Assembly (NCBI GenBank): GCA_041640455.1
Contig: JBEQAF010000005.1
Coordinates: forward strand, 1-40,630
Length of the DNA: 40,630 bases
DNA from: a bacterium
GTDB taxonomy: Bacteria > CALINM01
Reading direction: 5' to 3'
The position numbers were made by a program, and so were the translations under genes. Below, one piece after another: positions 17,423 through 26,573 of the stretch. Every line of letters starts with the position of its first letter. Position 1 is the stretch's first letter. The notes under the pieces are model-generated. The model did no database searches. It was not told where the DNA came from and was given only the letters and a program-made list of their open reading frames with translations.

Positions 17423-19354
17423 TTAACTCCTTTTAACCCTGCTCATAACATTGGGAAATTTATTTATATCTGTATGAGGCAGAAACAATGCCGCTACATA
17501 CTCTTCCATAAAAGTGGGGTATGTGCTGAGCTCAAAATTAGTCATCATATTAGCACATCTTTCAGCCTCTATCAACTTATCTTTGGAAAAAGAACAGATT
17601 CTTGCGCCTGCAAGGGAGCTGTTCCCCACATAGAGAAACTTTTCTGGTGCTATTTCAGGAAGTAGCCCTATTATAATTGATTTTTCAATGTTTATGAAGC
17701 TACCGAACCCGCCGGCAATAATAAATTTGTCAATATCTGAAAAATCAAGCCCTACACTTTTCAGAAGAACAGCGCAACCCGCATAGATGGCACCCTTAGT
17801 TCTTATAATGTTATCTATGTCAACCTCGCTGATTGATAAGTCGACCCCTGTCTGGGTCTCATGTTTCCACGCCAGCACATATTCAAAGCCACTGTCACCT
17901 TCTCTTATTCTATCTGTTTTGATGTTTCTATTAAATTTGCCGTTAGGCGTTATAAGCCCCTTCGTAAAAAGCTCTGCCAGCAGCACAATCATGCCAGAAC
18001 CACATATGCCTTTGGGCTTTAAATTTCCTATTGTATGGATGGAGGGTTCATAGCTTTCTGGATCTATCTCCACATTATCTATGGCGCCTCTTGTGGCTCT
18101 CATGCCATATTTGACTCCTCCTCCTTCAAAGGCGGGGCCTGCTGAACAGGATGCTGTGACCATCCACTCCTGATTTCCCAGTACAATCTCTCCGTTAGTG
18201 CCCACATCAATAAATAGCACAAGTTCAGACGAGAGATTCATCCCACAGGCTATAACTCCTGAGACTATATCTCCGCCCACGTAGCTTGCTATATTTGGCA
18301 TGGCATAAAGCACTGTATGTTCTGGGAGATTAAAACCAAGATTTTTTGCCCTAAGGAAAGGAAAGAAATTAGCCACAGGCACATAGGGCGCCTCTCGAAT
18401 ATATCTGGGGTTAAGCCCCAATAATAGATGGGTCATGGTAGTGTTACCAGCAGTAACTATGGAAGATATGTATTTTTTTTCTATCTTAGCTTCTGCAATT
18501 ACTTCATCTATTAGTCTATTCAACACATTTATCAGCACTTCTTGAAGGGTTTTTAAGCCATCTCCTTTAATAGCGTAAAGAATTCTTGTTATTACATCCT
18601 CACCATAGCTTATCTGAGGGTTGTAATCCGATGCCTCTCCTATTATCTCTCTACTATTCAGGTCTAGTAACTGAACGTATAAAGTAGTGGTTCCTATATC
18701 AACAGCTATACCATAATGTTTGTCAGTACTATTCCCCTCTTCAACACCGATTATTTTGGGAGGCATGCCATCTCGCTCCTGAAGAATAACCGTTGCCTTC
18801 CAGTCACTATGCCTGAGCGCATCGGGAATATATTTTATGGACTTAAAATCCACATCTATGTATTCATAGTCATAGTATTTCTTAAGAGACTGAATTATTC
18901 TCTGCAGATCTGACATATTACTTTCTATGGTAGGTTTCTGAAGCTCTATATATTTTTTAACCACAACGGGTAAGGAATCAAAGACCTCCTCGACCTGTAA
19001 CTTTTTAGCAGTAAGTCCGAAGCTCTCTATTTCTGCACCTTTTTCCTTTCTTTTTAGGACAGATCTATCAAGTTTTGATTCTGGTGGTATTTTAACTACA
19101 AGATTTCCCTGAACTTCAGTCTGGCATGCGAGTCTATAGCCTTTCTCCCATTCCTCATCAGTGAGCTTTTCTGATCTTCTGGAGCTGTATTCGCCTTTTT
19201 CAATAAAAACTTTACATTGACCGCATGTGCCTATGCCACCGCAAGATGCGTTAATATGTGCACCAGCTAAATGAGCTGCTTTTAATAGAGAAGTGCCCCT
19301 CTCAACCTCACAGGACTTTTGATCTGGCAAAAAATCCACTATAAATTTTTCCAT
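17423..19354 (-). CDS. acsV: ASKHA-type ATP-dependent reductive activator of CoFeSP (RACo/AcsV, DUF4445)
   Basis: N-terminal [2Fe-2S] CGGIGTCGQC...RLAC; DIGTT, DVGTNGE, SCSAGPAFEG, GICGSG, AGGFG. Start set at ATG 19354 (MEKF). Confidence 0.9.
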   Translation of the reverse strand: MEKFIVDFLPDQKSCEVERGTSLLKAAHLAGAHINASCGGIGTCGQCKVFIEKGEYSSRRSEKLTDEEWEKGYRLACQTEVQGNLVVKIPPESKLDRSVLKRKEKGAEIESFGLTAKKLQVEEVFDSLPVVVKKYIELQKPTIESNMSDLQRIIQSLKKYYDYEYIDVDFKSIKYIPDALRHSDWKATVILQERDGMPPKIIGVEEGNSTDKHYGIAVDIGTTTLYVQLLDLNSREIIGEASDYNPQISYGEDVITRILYAIKGDGLKTLQEVLINVLNRLIDEVIAEAKIEKKYISSIVTAGNTTMTHLLLGLNPRYIREAPYVPVANFFPFLRAKNLGFNLPEHTVLYAMPNIASYVGGDIVSGVIACGMNLSSELVLFIDVGTNGEIVLGNQEWMVTASCSAGPAFEGGGVKYGMRATRGAIDNVEIDPESYEPSIHTIGNLKPKGICGSGMIVLLAELFTKGLITPNGKFNRNIKTDRIREGDSGFEYVLAWKHETQTGVDLSISEVDIDNIIRTKGAIYAGCAVLLKSVGLDFSDIDKFIIAGGFGSFINIEKSIIIGLLPEIAPEKFLYVGNSSLAGARICSFSKDKLIEAERCANMMTNFELSTYPTFMEEYVAALFLPHTDINKFPNVMSRVKRS

Positions 19355-19410
19355 AAAATTACCGCTAACGGATAAGCTACTTAAGCTATAATATACCAAA
19401 AGATTTAAAA

Positions 19411-20859
19411 TTAAAATAAAAAGGTAAATGCCTGTGTTGCGGCATTAAACAAAAATCCAGGAATTACCCCGAGGGCTAATACTCCCACTGCTGACAAAAC
19501 CAGCCCGATTGCTGTAGAGGGATACAGGACATTTGGGCTGACTCCGCCTTCGTAGTCCTTAAAAAACATGTAAACAAGCACCCTGAGATAATAATATGCC
19601 GAAATGGCAGAGTTAAGAACACCAATTATAGCCAGTGAGACATAGCCAGACTGAATGGCGCCTGTAAATATATAAAACTTACCAATAAATCCTGCTGTTG
19701 GCGGAACACCTGCCATAGAGAACATAAATATAACGGTCATAAGCCCCAGAAAGGGGTGCTTGAAACCCTTGCCAGAAAGATCTGAAAGCTCACAGCCGAC
19801 CCCCTCTTTCTCAAAGAGAGAGCATATGGTAAATGCTCCTACATTCATAAATACATAGGAGAATAGATAAAACATTATGGCAGATAGAGAGATCTGATTG
19901 AGGGCAACAAAACCTACCAGCATATATCCTGCATGGGCAATACTTGAATAGGCAAGCATCCTTTTTATATTTTTTTGTGGTAGTGCCGATAGATTACCGA
20001 CGGTCATAGTAATAATTGCAAGTATGGCTATAACGCCTGCTACGTCAAAAACAAGCGGGCGCAGTCCTATCAGATATACCCTTATAAGCATCAGAAAAGC
20101 CGAAGCCTTAACAGCAGTTGCCATAAAGGCTGTAACAGAGGTTGGAGCGCCGTCATAAACATCAGGAGTCCACATATGAAAGGGCACTACCGCTATCTTA
20201 AAAATAATCCCTGTAAGAACCAGAGAAGAGCCTGCTATAAGGTTTATACTCTTTTCGGTCTCAAAATATTTTGTATAGGTCTGTAGCATATAGGCAAAAT
20301 TGGTGGTGCCAAAAGCACCATAAAGTAATGCAATACCTAGAAGAAAAATGGCAGTTGAAAAGGAGCCAAGAAGAAAATATTTTAAAGCCGATTCGGCAGA
20401 CCTGATATCCTTTTTAAACATACCTGCCAGCACATATACTGAAAAGGACATGATCTCCAGCCCAAGAAAGAGCATGATAAAATCAAGAGATGAGGATATA
20501 AAGGTCATCCCTAACACAGAGAAGGTTATTAACGCATAATATTCACCCTTGTGTTTTATTTTCCCGTCAATGTAGCCTTCTGATACAAAGCTGACTATGA
20601 TACCCGATATGAAGAAAATTATATTAAAATAAGTTGAGAGATCATCGACCATAACCATGTTGGAGAAGCCGAGCTGTCTGTTTCCCATAGTATATATGTT
20701 TGCCACAAGGGCAAGCAAAAAGCCAAATACAGCTATAAGATGAAGATTGCCGAAGTTTTTTGATCTTGTGGCTGAACCTATTAGCATCAGCAGAAAGCCA
20801 AATATAGTTAAAACTATCTGGGGGGCAATTGTCCAGAAATTTATGTTAAGCTCAGTCAT
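19411..20859 (-). CDS. nuoN: Complex I subunit N (operon 2)
   Basis: ESALKYFLLG, FKIAVVPFHMWTPDVY, KRMLAYSSIAH, GFIGKF. Confidence 0.95.
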   Translation of the reverse strand: MTELNINFWTIAPQIVLTIFGFLLMLIGSATRSKNFGNLHLIAVFGFLLALVANIYTMGNRQLGFSNMVMVDDLSTYFNIIFFISGIIVSFVSEGYIDGKIKHKGEYYALITFSVLGMTFISSSLDFIMLFLGLEIMSFSVYVLAGMFKKDIRSAESALKYFLLGSFSTAIFLLGIALLYGAFGTTNFAYMLQTYTKYFETEKSINLIAGSSLVLTGIIFKIAVVPFHMWTPDVYDGAPTSVTAFMATAVKASAFLMLIRVYLIGLRPLVFDVAGVIAILAIITMTVGNLSALPQKNIKRMLAYSSIAHAGYMLVGFVALNQISLSAIMFYLFSYVFMNVGAFTICSLFEKEGVGCELSDLSGKGFKHPFLGLMTVIFMFSMAGVPPTAGFIGKFYIFTGAIQSGYVSLAIIGVLNSAISAYYYLRVLVYMFFKDYEGGVSPNVLYPSTAIGLVLSAVGVLALGVIPGFLFNAATQAFTFLF

Positions 20860-22400
20860 TACTCTCCTCCCTTAATGATGCCTTGCTTTTCAAGCTGAGA
20901 TGTGGTTATGGCAATGCTTTTGTTATACCTGTCAATAAAGCTGTTAACTGATGTGTGCATCTTGTTTAAGAAGTAATTGGGGAATATACCCATCACAAAA
21001 AAAAGTAGTATAACAGGAACCATAAGGCTTATCTCTCTCAGGTTAAGATCCTTTATATTTTTATTCTCTTCCTTTGTTATAGGACCAAACATTACCCTCT
21101 GGAACATCCAGAGCATATATGCGGCGGATAAAATAACACTTGATGCAGCAAACACAGCCCAGAGCTTGTTAGCCTTGAATGCACCCATAAATATGAGAAA
21201 CTCACCAATAAAGCCGTTGAGACCTGGCAGTCCTATTGATGATAGGGTAACGATCATAAAAAATACAGCAAATATAGGAACTGCCTTTGTAAGCCCTCCA
21301 AAGTCCTCTATAAGTCTTGTATGCCTTCTTTCATAGAGCATACCTATCATAATAAAGAGAGCACCTGTAGATAATCCATGGTTAAGCATCTGATAGATGC
21401 CCCCCTCTATCCCCTGGGAGTTGAGACTGAAAAGTCCGAGCATAACAGCGCCAAGGTGGCTAACAGACGAGTAGGCAACCAGCTTCTTAACATCCGGTTG
21501 CATCATGGCAACCAGAGCACCATATATAATACCTATAATAGAAAGTGTGACAAACAGGGGAGTGGCTGCCTGTGTGGCGTGGGGAAAAAGCCCCATAGCA
21601 AACCTTATAAAACCGTAAGTACCCATCTTGAGAAGCACACCAGCAAGGATAACACTTCCAGCAGTGGGCGCTTCCACATGGGCATCTGGTAACCAGGTAT
21701 GTAGTGGGAACATGGGGACCTTTATGGCAAAGGACAGTGCAAATGCCGCAAACAGCCATACCTGAACCTCATATGGAGCCAGTGTCTCATAAAGTTTAAG
21801 CAGATTAAAGGTATAAACGCCTGTTTTGCTGCCCACATAGAAGTATAGCACCAGAATGGCAATAAGCATTAGCACTGAGCCGAACAGGGTGTAAAGAACA
21901 AACTTTATTGCCGCATAGATCCTCCTCTTTCCACCCCAAACACCTATAATAAAGTACATGGGGATAAGCATAAGCTCCCAGAATATATAGAAAAGGAAAA
22001 GATCCAGCGCAATAAAAGCTCCCAGCATTCCAACCTCAAGAAAAAGCATGGCTATAAGAAACTCTCTTACATGCTTTTCAATGTATGTCCAGGAGCAGAG
22101 AATACAGATAGGACAAAGAAACGTGGTCAGCATAAAAAGCAGTACCGAGATACCGTCAATCCCTACAAAATAGTATATACCCAGCTTTTCAATCCATGGA
22201 TAGCTTTCTACAAACTGCATTGAGGCGGTATCTTCTTTAAAATGGTATAGCACATAAAGAGATATAAAGAAATTTATCAGGGTTACTATAAAGGCTATGC
22301 CTTTCTGAACTCCATAGTTTTCCCTGTCTATCATTAGAAGTATTATCACTCCTATTAGCGGGAAGAAGGTAACTATTGAAAGAATTGGAATCTGCTCCAT
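20859..22400 (-). CDS. nuoM: Complex I subunit M (operon 2)
   Basis: FWELMLIP, AIKVPMFPLHTWLPDAHVEAP, LLKMG, GFIGEF; TAATG overlap with nuoN. Confidence 0.95.
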   Translation of the reverse strand: MEQIPILSIVTFFPLIGVIILLMIDRENYGVQKGIAFIVTLINFFISLYVLYHFKEDTASMQFVESYPWIEKLGIYYFVGIDGISVLLFMLTTFLCPICILCSWTYIEKHVREFLIAMLFLEVGMLGAFIALDLFLFYIFWELMLIPMYFIIGVWGGKRRIYAAIKFVLYTLFGSVLMLIAILVLYFYVGSKTGVYTFNLLKLYETLAPYEVQVWLFAAFALSFAIKVPMFPLHTWLPDAHVEAPTAGSVILAGVLLKMGTYGFIRFAMGLFPHATQAATPLFVTLSIIGIIYGALVAMMQPDVKKLVAYSSVSHLGAVMLGLFSLNSQGIEGGIYQMLNHGLSTGALFIMIGMLYERRHTRLIEDFGGLTKAVPIFAVFFMIVTLSSIGLPGLNGFIGEFLIFMGAFKANKLWAVFAASSVILSAAYMLWMFQRVMFGPITKEENKNIKDLNLREISLMVPVILLFFVMGIFPNYFLNKMHTSVNSFIDRYNKSIAITTSQLEKQGIIKGGE

Positions 22401-22412
22401 ATTGTAACCCCT

Positions 22413-24329
22413 TTAAAAGATAAATATGCCAAGAACTACAACAACACCTATAAGTATGCCCACTATATAGTGTTGAATGTATCCTGTCTGAATCTTTCTT
22501 ACATTTTCTCCGAGATACATGGTCACCTTTCCGACTCCGTTTACAATACCATCAATAACTGGCACATCAAACTTAAGCCATAAAAGGGTTCCAAGATTCT
22601 TACACCCCTTTACGAATATAAACTCGTATATCTCGTCCACATAATATTTGTTGAAAAGAAGCTTATATAGACCTTGAAAATTATTTGCAAGCCTTTCAGG
22701 CAGATCAGGTCTTCTTATATACATGGTATATGCCAGTATAAACCCAACTACTGCAATCGCAACAGATGTGAGCATCAAACCGTACTCAAGCGCATGGGAG
22801 TAATGATGTGGCTCTGCCTTTCCAACTTTTTTAATGATAGGATCCAGAAAATGGTGGAAATGGTTACTTCCACCCAGCGCCTCAGGAACTCCCACATAAC
22901 CACCCAAAACAGAGAGTATTGCCAGAATCATGAGCGGTATTACCATTGAGTTTGGTGACTCGTGTATATGATGTTTTGTGTGTTCATCCATTCTCTCCTT
23001 TCCGAAAAAGGTCAGAAAGGTAAGCCTGAACATGTAGAAAGATGTCATTCCTGCTGCTACAGCTGCCACTGCCCAAAGAAGCGGATGCCCATGGGGGCTC
23101 GAAAAAGCCTGCCATAATATCTCGTCTTTACTGAAAAAGCCGGCGAGTCCCGGTGTTCCAGCTATGGCAAGTGTGCCGATAAGAAAGGTAAGAAACGTTT
23201 TTGGTATGTGCTTTCTCAGACCACCCATATTCATAATATCCTGCTCTCCGCCCATGGCATGAATAACACTACCTGCGCCAAGAAAGAGCAAAGCTTTAAA
23301 GAAAGCATGGGTCATCAAGTGAAACACGCCGGCTGAGTAAGCCGCAACACCTACGCCTAAAAACATATATCCAAGCTGGCTTATTGTGGAGTATGCCAGC
23401 ACCTTTTTAATATCTCTCTGAACAAGCCCCATGGAGGCAGCAAATATGGCTGTCAAGGCGCCGATTGTTGCCACAACACCAAGTGAGAAAGGTGCAAGAG
23501 AATAAAGAACATTGCAACGGGCTATCATATAAACACCAGCCGTTACCATTGTTGCCGCATGTATAAGTGCCGATACAGGAGTTGGTCCAGCCATAGCATC
23601 TGGTAACCATACATACAATGGAATCTGAGCAGATTTTCCAGTAGCCCCAACAAAAAGCAGTAATGTAATGGCTGTTGCCATGATACCGCCATAGGGGAGC
23701 AGGCTTTCTGCCCTGCTAAAAACATCGCTGTATTTCAAACTCCCAAAAATTATAAATATCATGAACATACCAAGTATAAAGCCAAAGTCTCCAACCCTGT
23801 TTACTACAAAGGCTTTTTTACCCGCACTTGCATTTGCATGGTCATCAAACCAGAATCCGATAAGCAGGTATGAGCAGAGCCCCACTCCTTCCCAGCCCAC
23901 AAACATCATCAGGAAGTTATTTCCCATTACAAGCAGAAGCATGGCAAATACGAAAAGATTCAGATAGGTAAAAAATCTTGAGTAAGATGGGTCATGGTGC
24001 ATATAGCCGGTTGAGTATATATGAATCAGAAACCCCACACCGGTTACTACCAAAAGCATTACCGCACTTAGCGGATCCAGTAGAAAAGCCACATCTATGG
24101 AAAAGTCTCCTGAAGCCATCCACTGATACAGGGTAACTTCTATTATTCTCTGGTCAGGTGGCAGGGATAGGAGCTGAAAAAAAGCTTTAACCGACAGGGC
24201 GAAGGATGAGCCGATGGCTGTGAGAGCTATTATATGAACCAGGCTCTTGGGAAATCTTGTGCCCAATATGCCATTAATTAATGCGCCGATAGCTGGAAAT
24301 AATGGTATAGCTGCTATATAATTAAACAT
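22413..24329 (-). CDS. nuoL: Complex I subunit L (operon 2)
   Basis: GWEGVG, GKSAQIPL, HLMTHAFFK, FFSKDEI, C-terminal transverse helix and QTG. Confidence 0.95.
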   Translation of the reverse strand: MFNYIAAIPLFPAIGALINGILGTRFPKSLVHIIALTAIGSSFALSVKAFFQLLSLPPDQRIIEVTLYQWMASGDFSIDVAFLLDPLSAVMLLVVTGVGFLIHIYSTGYMHHDPSYSRFFTYLNLFVFAMLLLVMGNNFLMMFVGWEGVGLCSYLLIGFWFDDHANASAGKKAFVVNRVGDFGFILGMFMIFIIFGSLKYSDVFSRAESLLPYGGIMATAITLLLFVGATGKSAQIPLYVWLPDAMAGPTPVSALIHAATMVTAGVYMIARCNVLYSLAPFSLGVVATIGALTAIFAASMGLVQRDIKKVLAYSTISQLGYMFLGVGVAAYSAGVFHLMTHAFFKALLFLGAGSVIHAMGGEQDIMNMGGLRKHIPKTFLTFLIGTLAIAGTPGLAGFFSKDEILWQAFSSPHGHPLLWAVAAVAAGMTSFYMFRLTFLTFFGKERMDEHTKHHIHESPNSMVIPLMILAILSVLGGYVGVPEALGGSNHFHHFLDPIIKKVGKAEPHHYSHALEYGLMLTSVAIAVVGFILAYTMYIRRPDLPERLANNFQGLYKLLFNKYYVDEIYEFIFVKGCKNLGTLLWLKFDVPVIDGIVNGVGKVTMYLGENVRKIQTGYIQHYIVGILIGVVVVLGIFIF

Positions 24330-24340
24330 ATTCCTCTCCC

Positions 24341-24634
24341 CTAACCCTTTAAAATATTAAGTTGATCCATATCTACAGTATTTTTAAGCCTGTGAATCAT
24401 AATTATAATTGCGAGTCCTATGGCAACCTCTGCAGCAGCTACTGCCATAATTATAAAAGCATACATAAGTCCGATTGCCGACTTTAATTGGTGCGAATAG
24501 GTGACAAAAATAAGATTTACTGAGTTCAACATCAGCTCAATGCACATAAAACAAACAATAATATTTCTTCGGATCACAAATCCCAATGTACCGATCAGAA
24601 ACAGAATTATTCCAACATAAATTTGAAAATCCAT
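24341..24634 (-). CDS. nuoK: Complex I subunit K (operon 2)
   Basis: RRN, CIELMLNSVN, AAAEVAIGLA, terminal LKG. Confidence 0.95.
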   Translation of the reverse strand: MDFQIYVGIILFLIGTLGFVIRRNIIVCFMCIELMLNSVNLIFVTYSHQLKSAIGLMYAFIIMAVAAAEVAIGLAIIIMIHRLKNTVDMDQLNILKG

Positions 24635-24645
24635 CTCTCCTCCTG

Positions 24646-25152
24646 CTACTCCTTGCTTTTAGCTAAAACTACAGCACCAATTATTCCCACAATAAGAACA
24701 ATGGAAACAACCTCAAAGGGAAGTAAATAATCGGAAAACAGCACCTTTCCAATTATTCTGGTTGAATCCATGCCTGCATACTTTAATATATCACCCTTTG
24801 TAATGATAGTTTTAGCAGAAAGGGCTACTACAATTAGTTGAATACCGAAGAGTACTGAAAGTATTATACCGAATAGCCTTCCTTTTGAAAGCTGCTCTGA
24901 TTTTTTGGTAACCTCTTTTATGTTCAACAACATTACAACGAATACGAACAAAACCATAATTGCACCTGCATATACAATTACCTGAATGGCTGCGATAAAC
25001 TCCGCATTTAGTATAAGATAATTGACCGCAAGGGCTATCATAACCACTATCAGCGAGGCGGCACTATATACCGGATTCCTCTGGAAGATCGTTGATAAGG
25101 CAAATACAATAGCTAATAGCGAAAAGATATATGATATATAGGTTGTTATCAT
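24646..25152 (-). CDS. nuoJ: Complex I subunit J (operon 2)
   Basis: NPVYSA, QVIVYAGAIMVLF, LPFE. Confidence 0.93.
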   Translation of the reverse strand: MITTYISYIFSLLAIVFALSTIFQRNPVYSAASLIVVMIALAVNYLILNAEFIAAIQVIVYAGAIMVLFVFVVMLLNIKEVTKKSEQLSKGRLFGIILSVLFGIQLIVVALSAKTIITKGDILKYAGMDSTRIIGKVLFSDYLLPFEVVSIVLIVGIIGAVVLAKSKE

Positions 25153-25565
25153 AGTTTTACCTCGTCTCCTCTTTTAAGCAATGTGTCCCTGTCAAGCATA
25201 AGCTCTTCTTTTTTATATCTTGCATTTTCATATTCAGGAGTAAGAATAATAGCGTTAACCGGACAGGCTTCCTGACAGAGCCCGCAGTATATGCATCTGT
25301 ATCCGTCAAGCTGATAGCGCTTTGGATATCTCATTCCATCTTCAAGCTCTCCAATTTCTATCTTGATAACCTTGGCTGGGCAGATAGCCTCACAAAGCCC
25401 GCAGGCTACACATCTTATACTGCCGTCAGGCTTTCTTCTGATAATGTGTAAACCTCTATAACGGGGAAATGAGCCTACCTTCTCTTCTGGATAGAACACG
25501 GTTATGGGCTTGCTAAAAAGATATTTAAGAAAAAATGCTAATCCTTTAACCAGAGGTTTAATCAT
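25149..25565 (-). CDS. nuoI: Complex I subunit I (operon 2), 2x[4Fe-4S]
   Basis: RCVACGLCEAICP and RCIYCGLCQEACP; start taken as ATG 25565 behind AAGGTGGAG (GTG 25574 is the alternative). Confidence 0.93.
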   Translation of the reverse strand: MIKPLVKGLAFFLKYLFSKPITVFYPEEKVGSFPRYRGLHIIRRKPDGSIRCVACGLCEAICPAKVIKIEIGELEDGMRYPKRYQLDGYRCIYCGLCQEACPVNAIILTPEYENARYKKEELMLDRDTLLKRGDEVKL

Positions 25566-25577
25566 ACTCTCCACCTT

Positions 25578-26573
25578 TTATACAAATAGCATTACTAAAG
25601 AGGTAATAAATATATTTAACAGTGCGATGGGAACAAGTATCTTCCATCCAAACTTCATAAGCTGATCATATCTGACTCTCGGGAAGCTTGCTCTTAGCCA
25701 GATAAAAAAGAAAATTATGCAGAATACCTTAATCATAAACCATATTAAAGGCGGGAAGAACGGTCCATGCCAGCCACCAAGGAACAATGTGGTGGCAAGG
25801 CTTGCTATGGTTATCATGTTTGCATACTCCGCCATAAAGAACATAGCAAACTTCATACTACTGTAGTCTGTATGAAATCCTGCAACAAGCTCAGACTCAG
25901 CCTCAGGCATATCAAAGGGAGTTCTGTTTAGCTCTGCCACTGCACAGATTACATAAAGTAGAAAGCCCACTGGCTGATATACAATGTTCCACATATGCTT
26001 CTGCTTATCTACAATCTCAACAAGGTTCAGCGAGCCGGAGATTAATACCACACCCAAAACAGATAGAGTCAGCGCAAGCTCATAACTTACTGTCTGTGCG
26101 GCACCTCTTAAAGCTCCCATGAGAGCATATTTGTTATTTGCAGCCCAGCCGCCAAATATAACCCCGTAAGAGCCCAGCCCAGCGAGGGCAAAGATATATA
26201 AAATTCCGATATTAAGCTCAGTTATCCTCATAGGTACCGGTTCTTTCAGAATGCCAAAAAAGGTGGTCTTATCACCAAAGGGGATCACAGCAAAGCTCAT
26301 AAGCGCTGGTACGATGCTTATCATAGGAGCCAGCACAAATAGAACCTTATTGGCATTTCTGGGAAGTATGTCTTCCTTGAAAAAGAGCTTTACACCGTCT
26401 GCAATAGGCTGAAGAAGCCCATGCCACCCAGCATAATAGGGTCCGATTCTTATCTGCATATGACCAAGCACTTTTCTTTCAATCCAGGTAAGGTAGGCAA
26501 CACACAGCATAACGCAGGCAAAGACTATTACTATCTTTATTAAGTTAAATAAGATGAGCCCTGTATCTATCAT
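25578..26573 (-). CDS. nuoH: Complex I subunit H (operon 2)
   Basis: [47 protein letters not shown]; ATGA overlap with the fdhA stop. Confidence 0.96.
   Translation of the reverse strand: MIDTGLILFNLIKIVIVFACVMLCVAYLTWIERKVLGHMQIRIGPYYAGWHGLLQPIADGVKLFFKEDILPRNANKVLFVLAPMISIVPALMSFAVIPFGDKTTFFGILKEPVPMRITELNIGILYIFALAGLGSYGVIFGGWAANNKYALMGALRGAAQTVSYELALTLSVLGVVLISGSLNLVEIVDKQKHMWNIVYQPVGFLLYVICAVAELNRTPFDMPEAESELVAGFHTDYSSMKFAMFFMAEYANMITIASLATTLFLGGWHGPFFPPLIWFMIKVFCIIFFFIWLRASFPRVRYDQLMKFGWKILVPIALLNIFITSLVMLFV

Noticed and set aside
19355-19399. N-terminal extensions given by the ORF track for RACo (also 7078-7089 and 33670-33687)
   Set aside because: Downstream starts fit the protein families better and, for the latter two, the extension contains the SD itself.
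19355-19410. Riboswitch (cobalamin/Moco), terminator or operator between nuoN and RACo; tandem TAAGCTA repeat
   Set aside because: Only 56 nt with no stable hairpin or T-tract; the repeat is short and AT-rich. A -10-like TGGTATATT is present but too weak to call.
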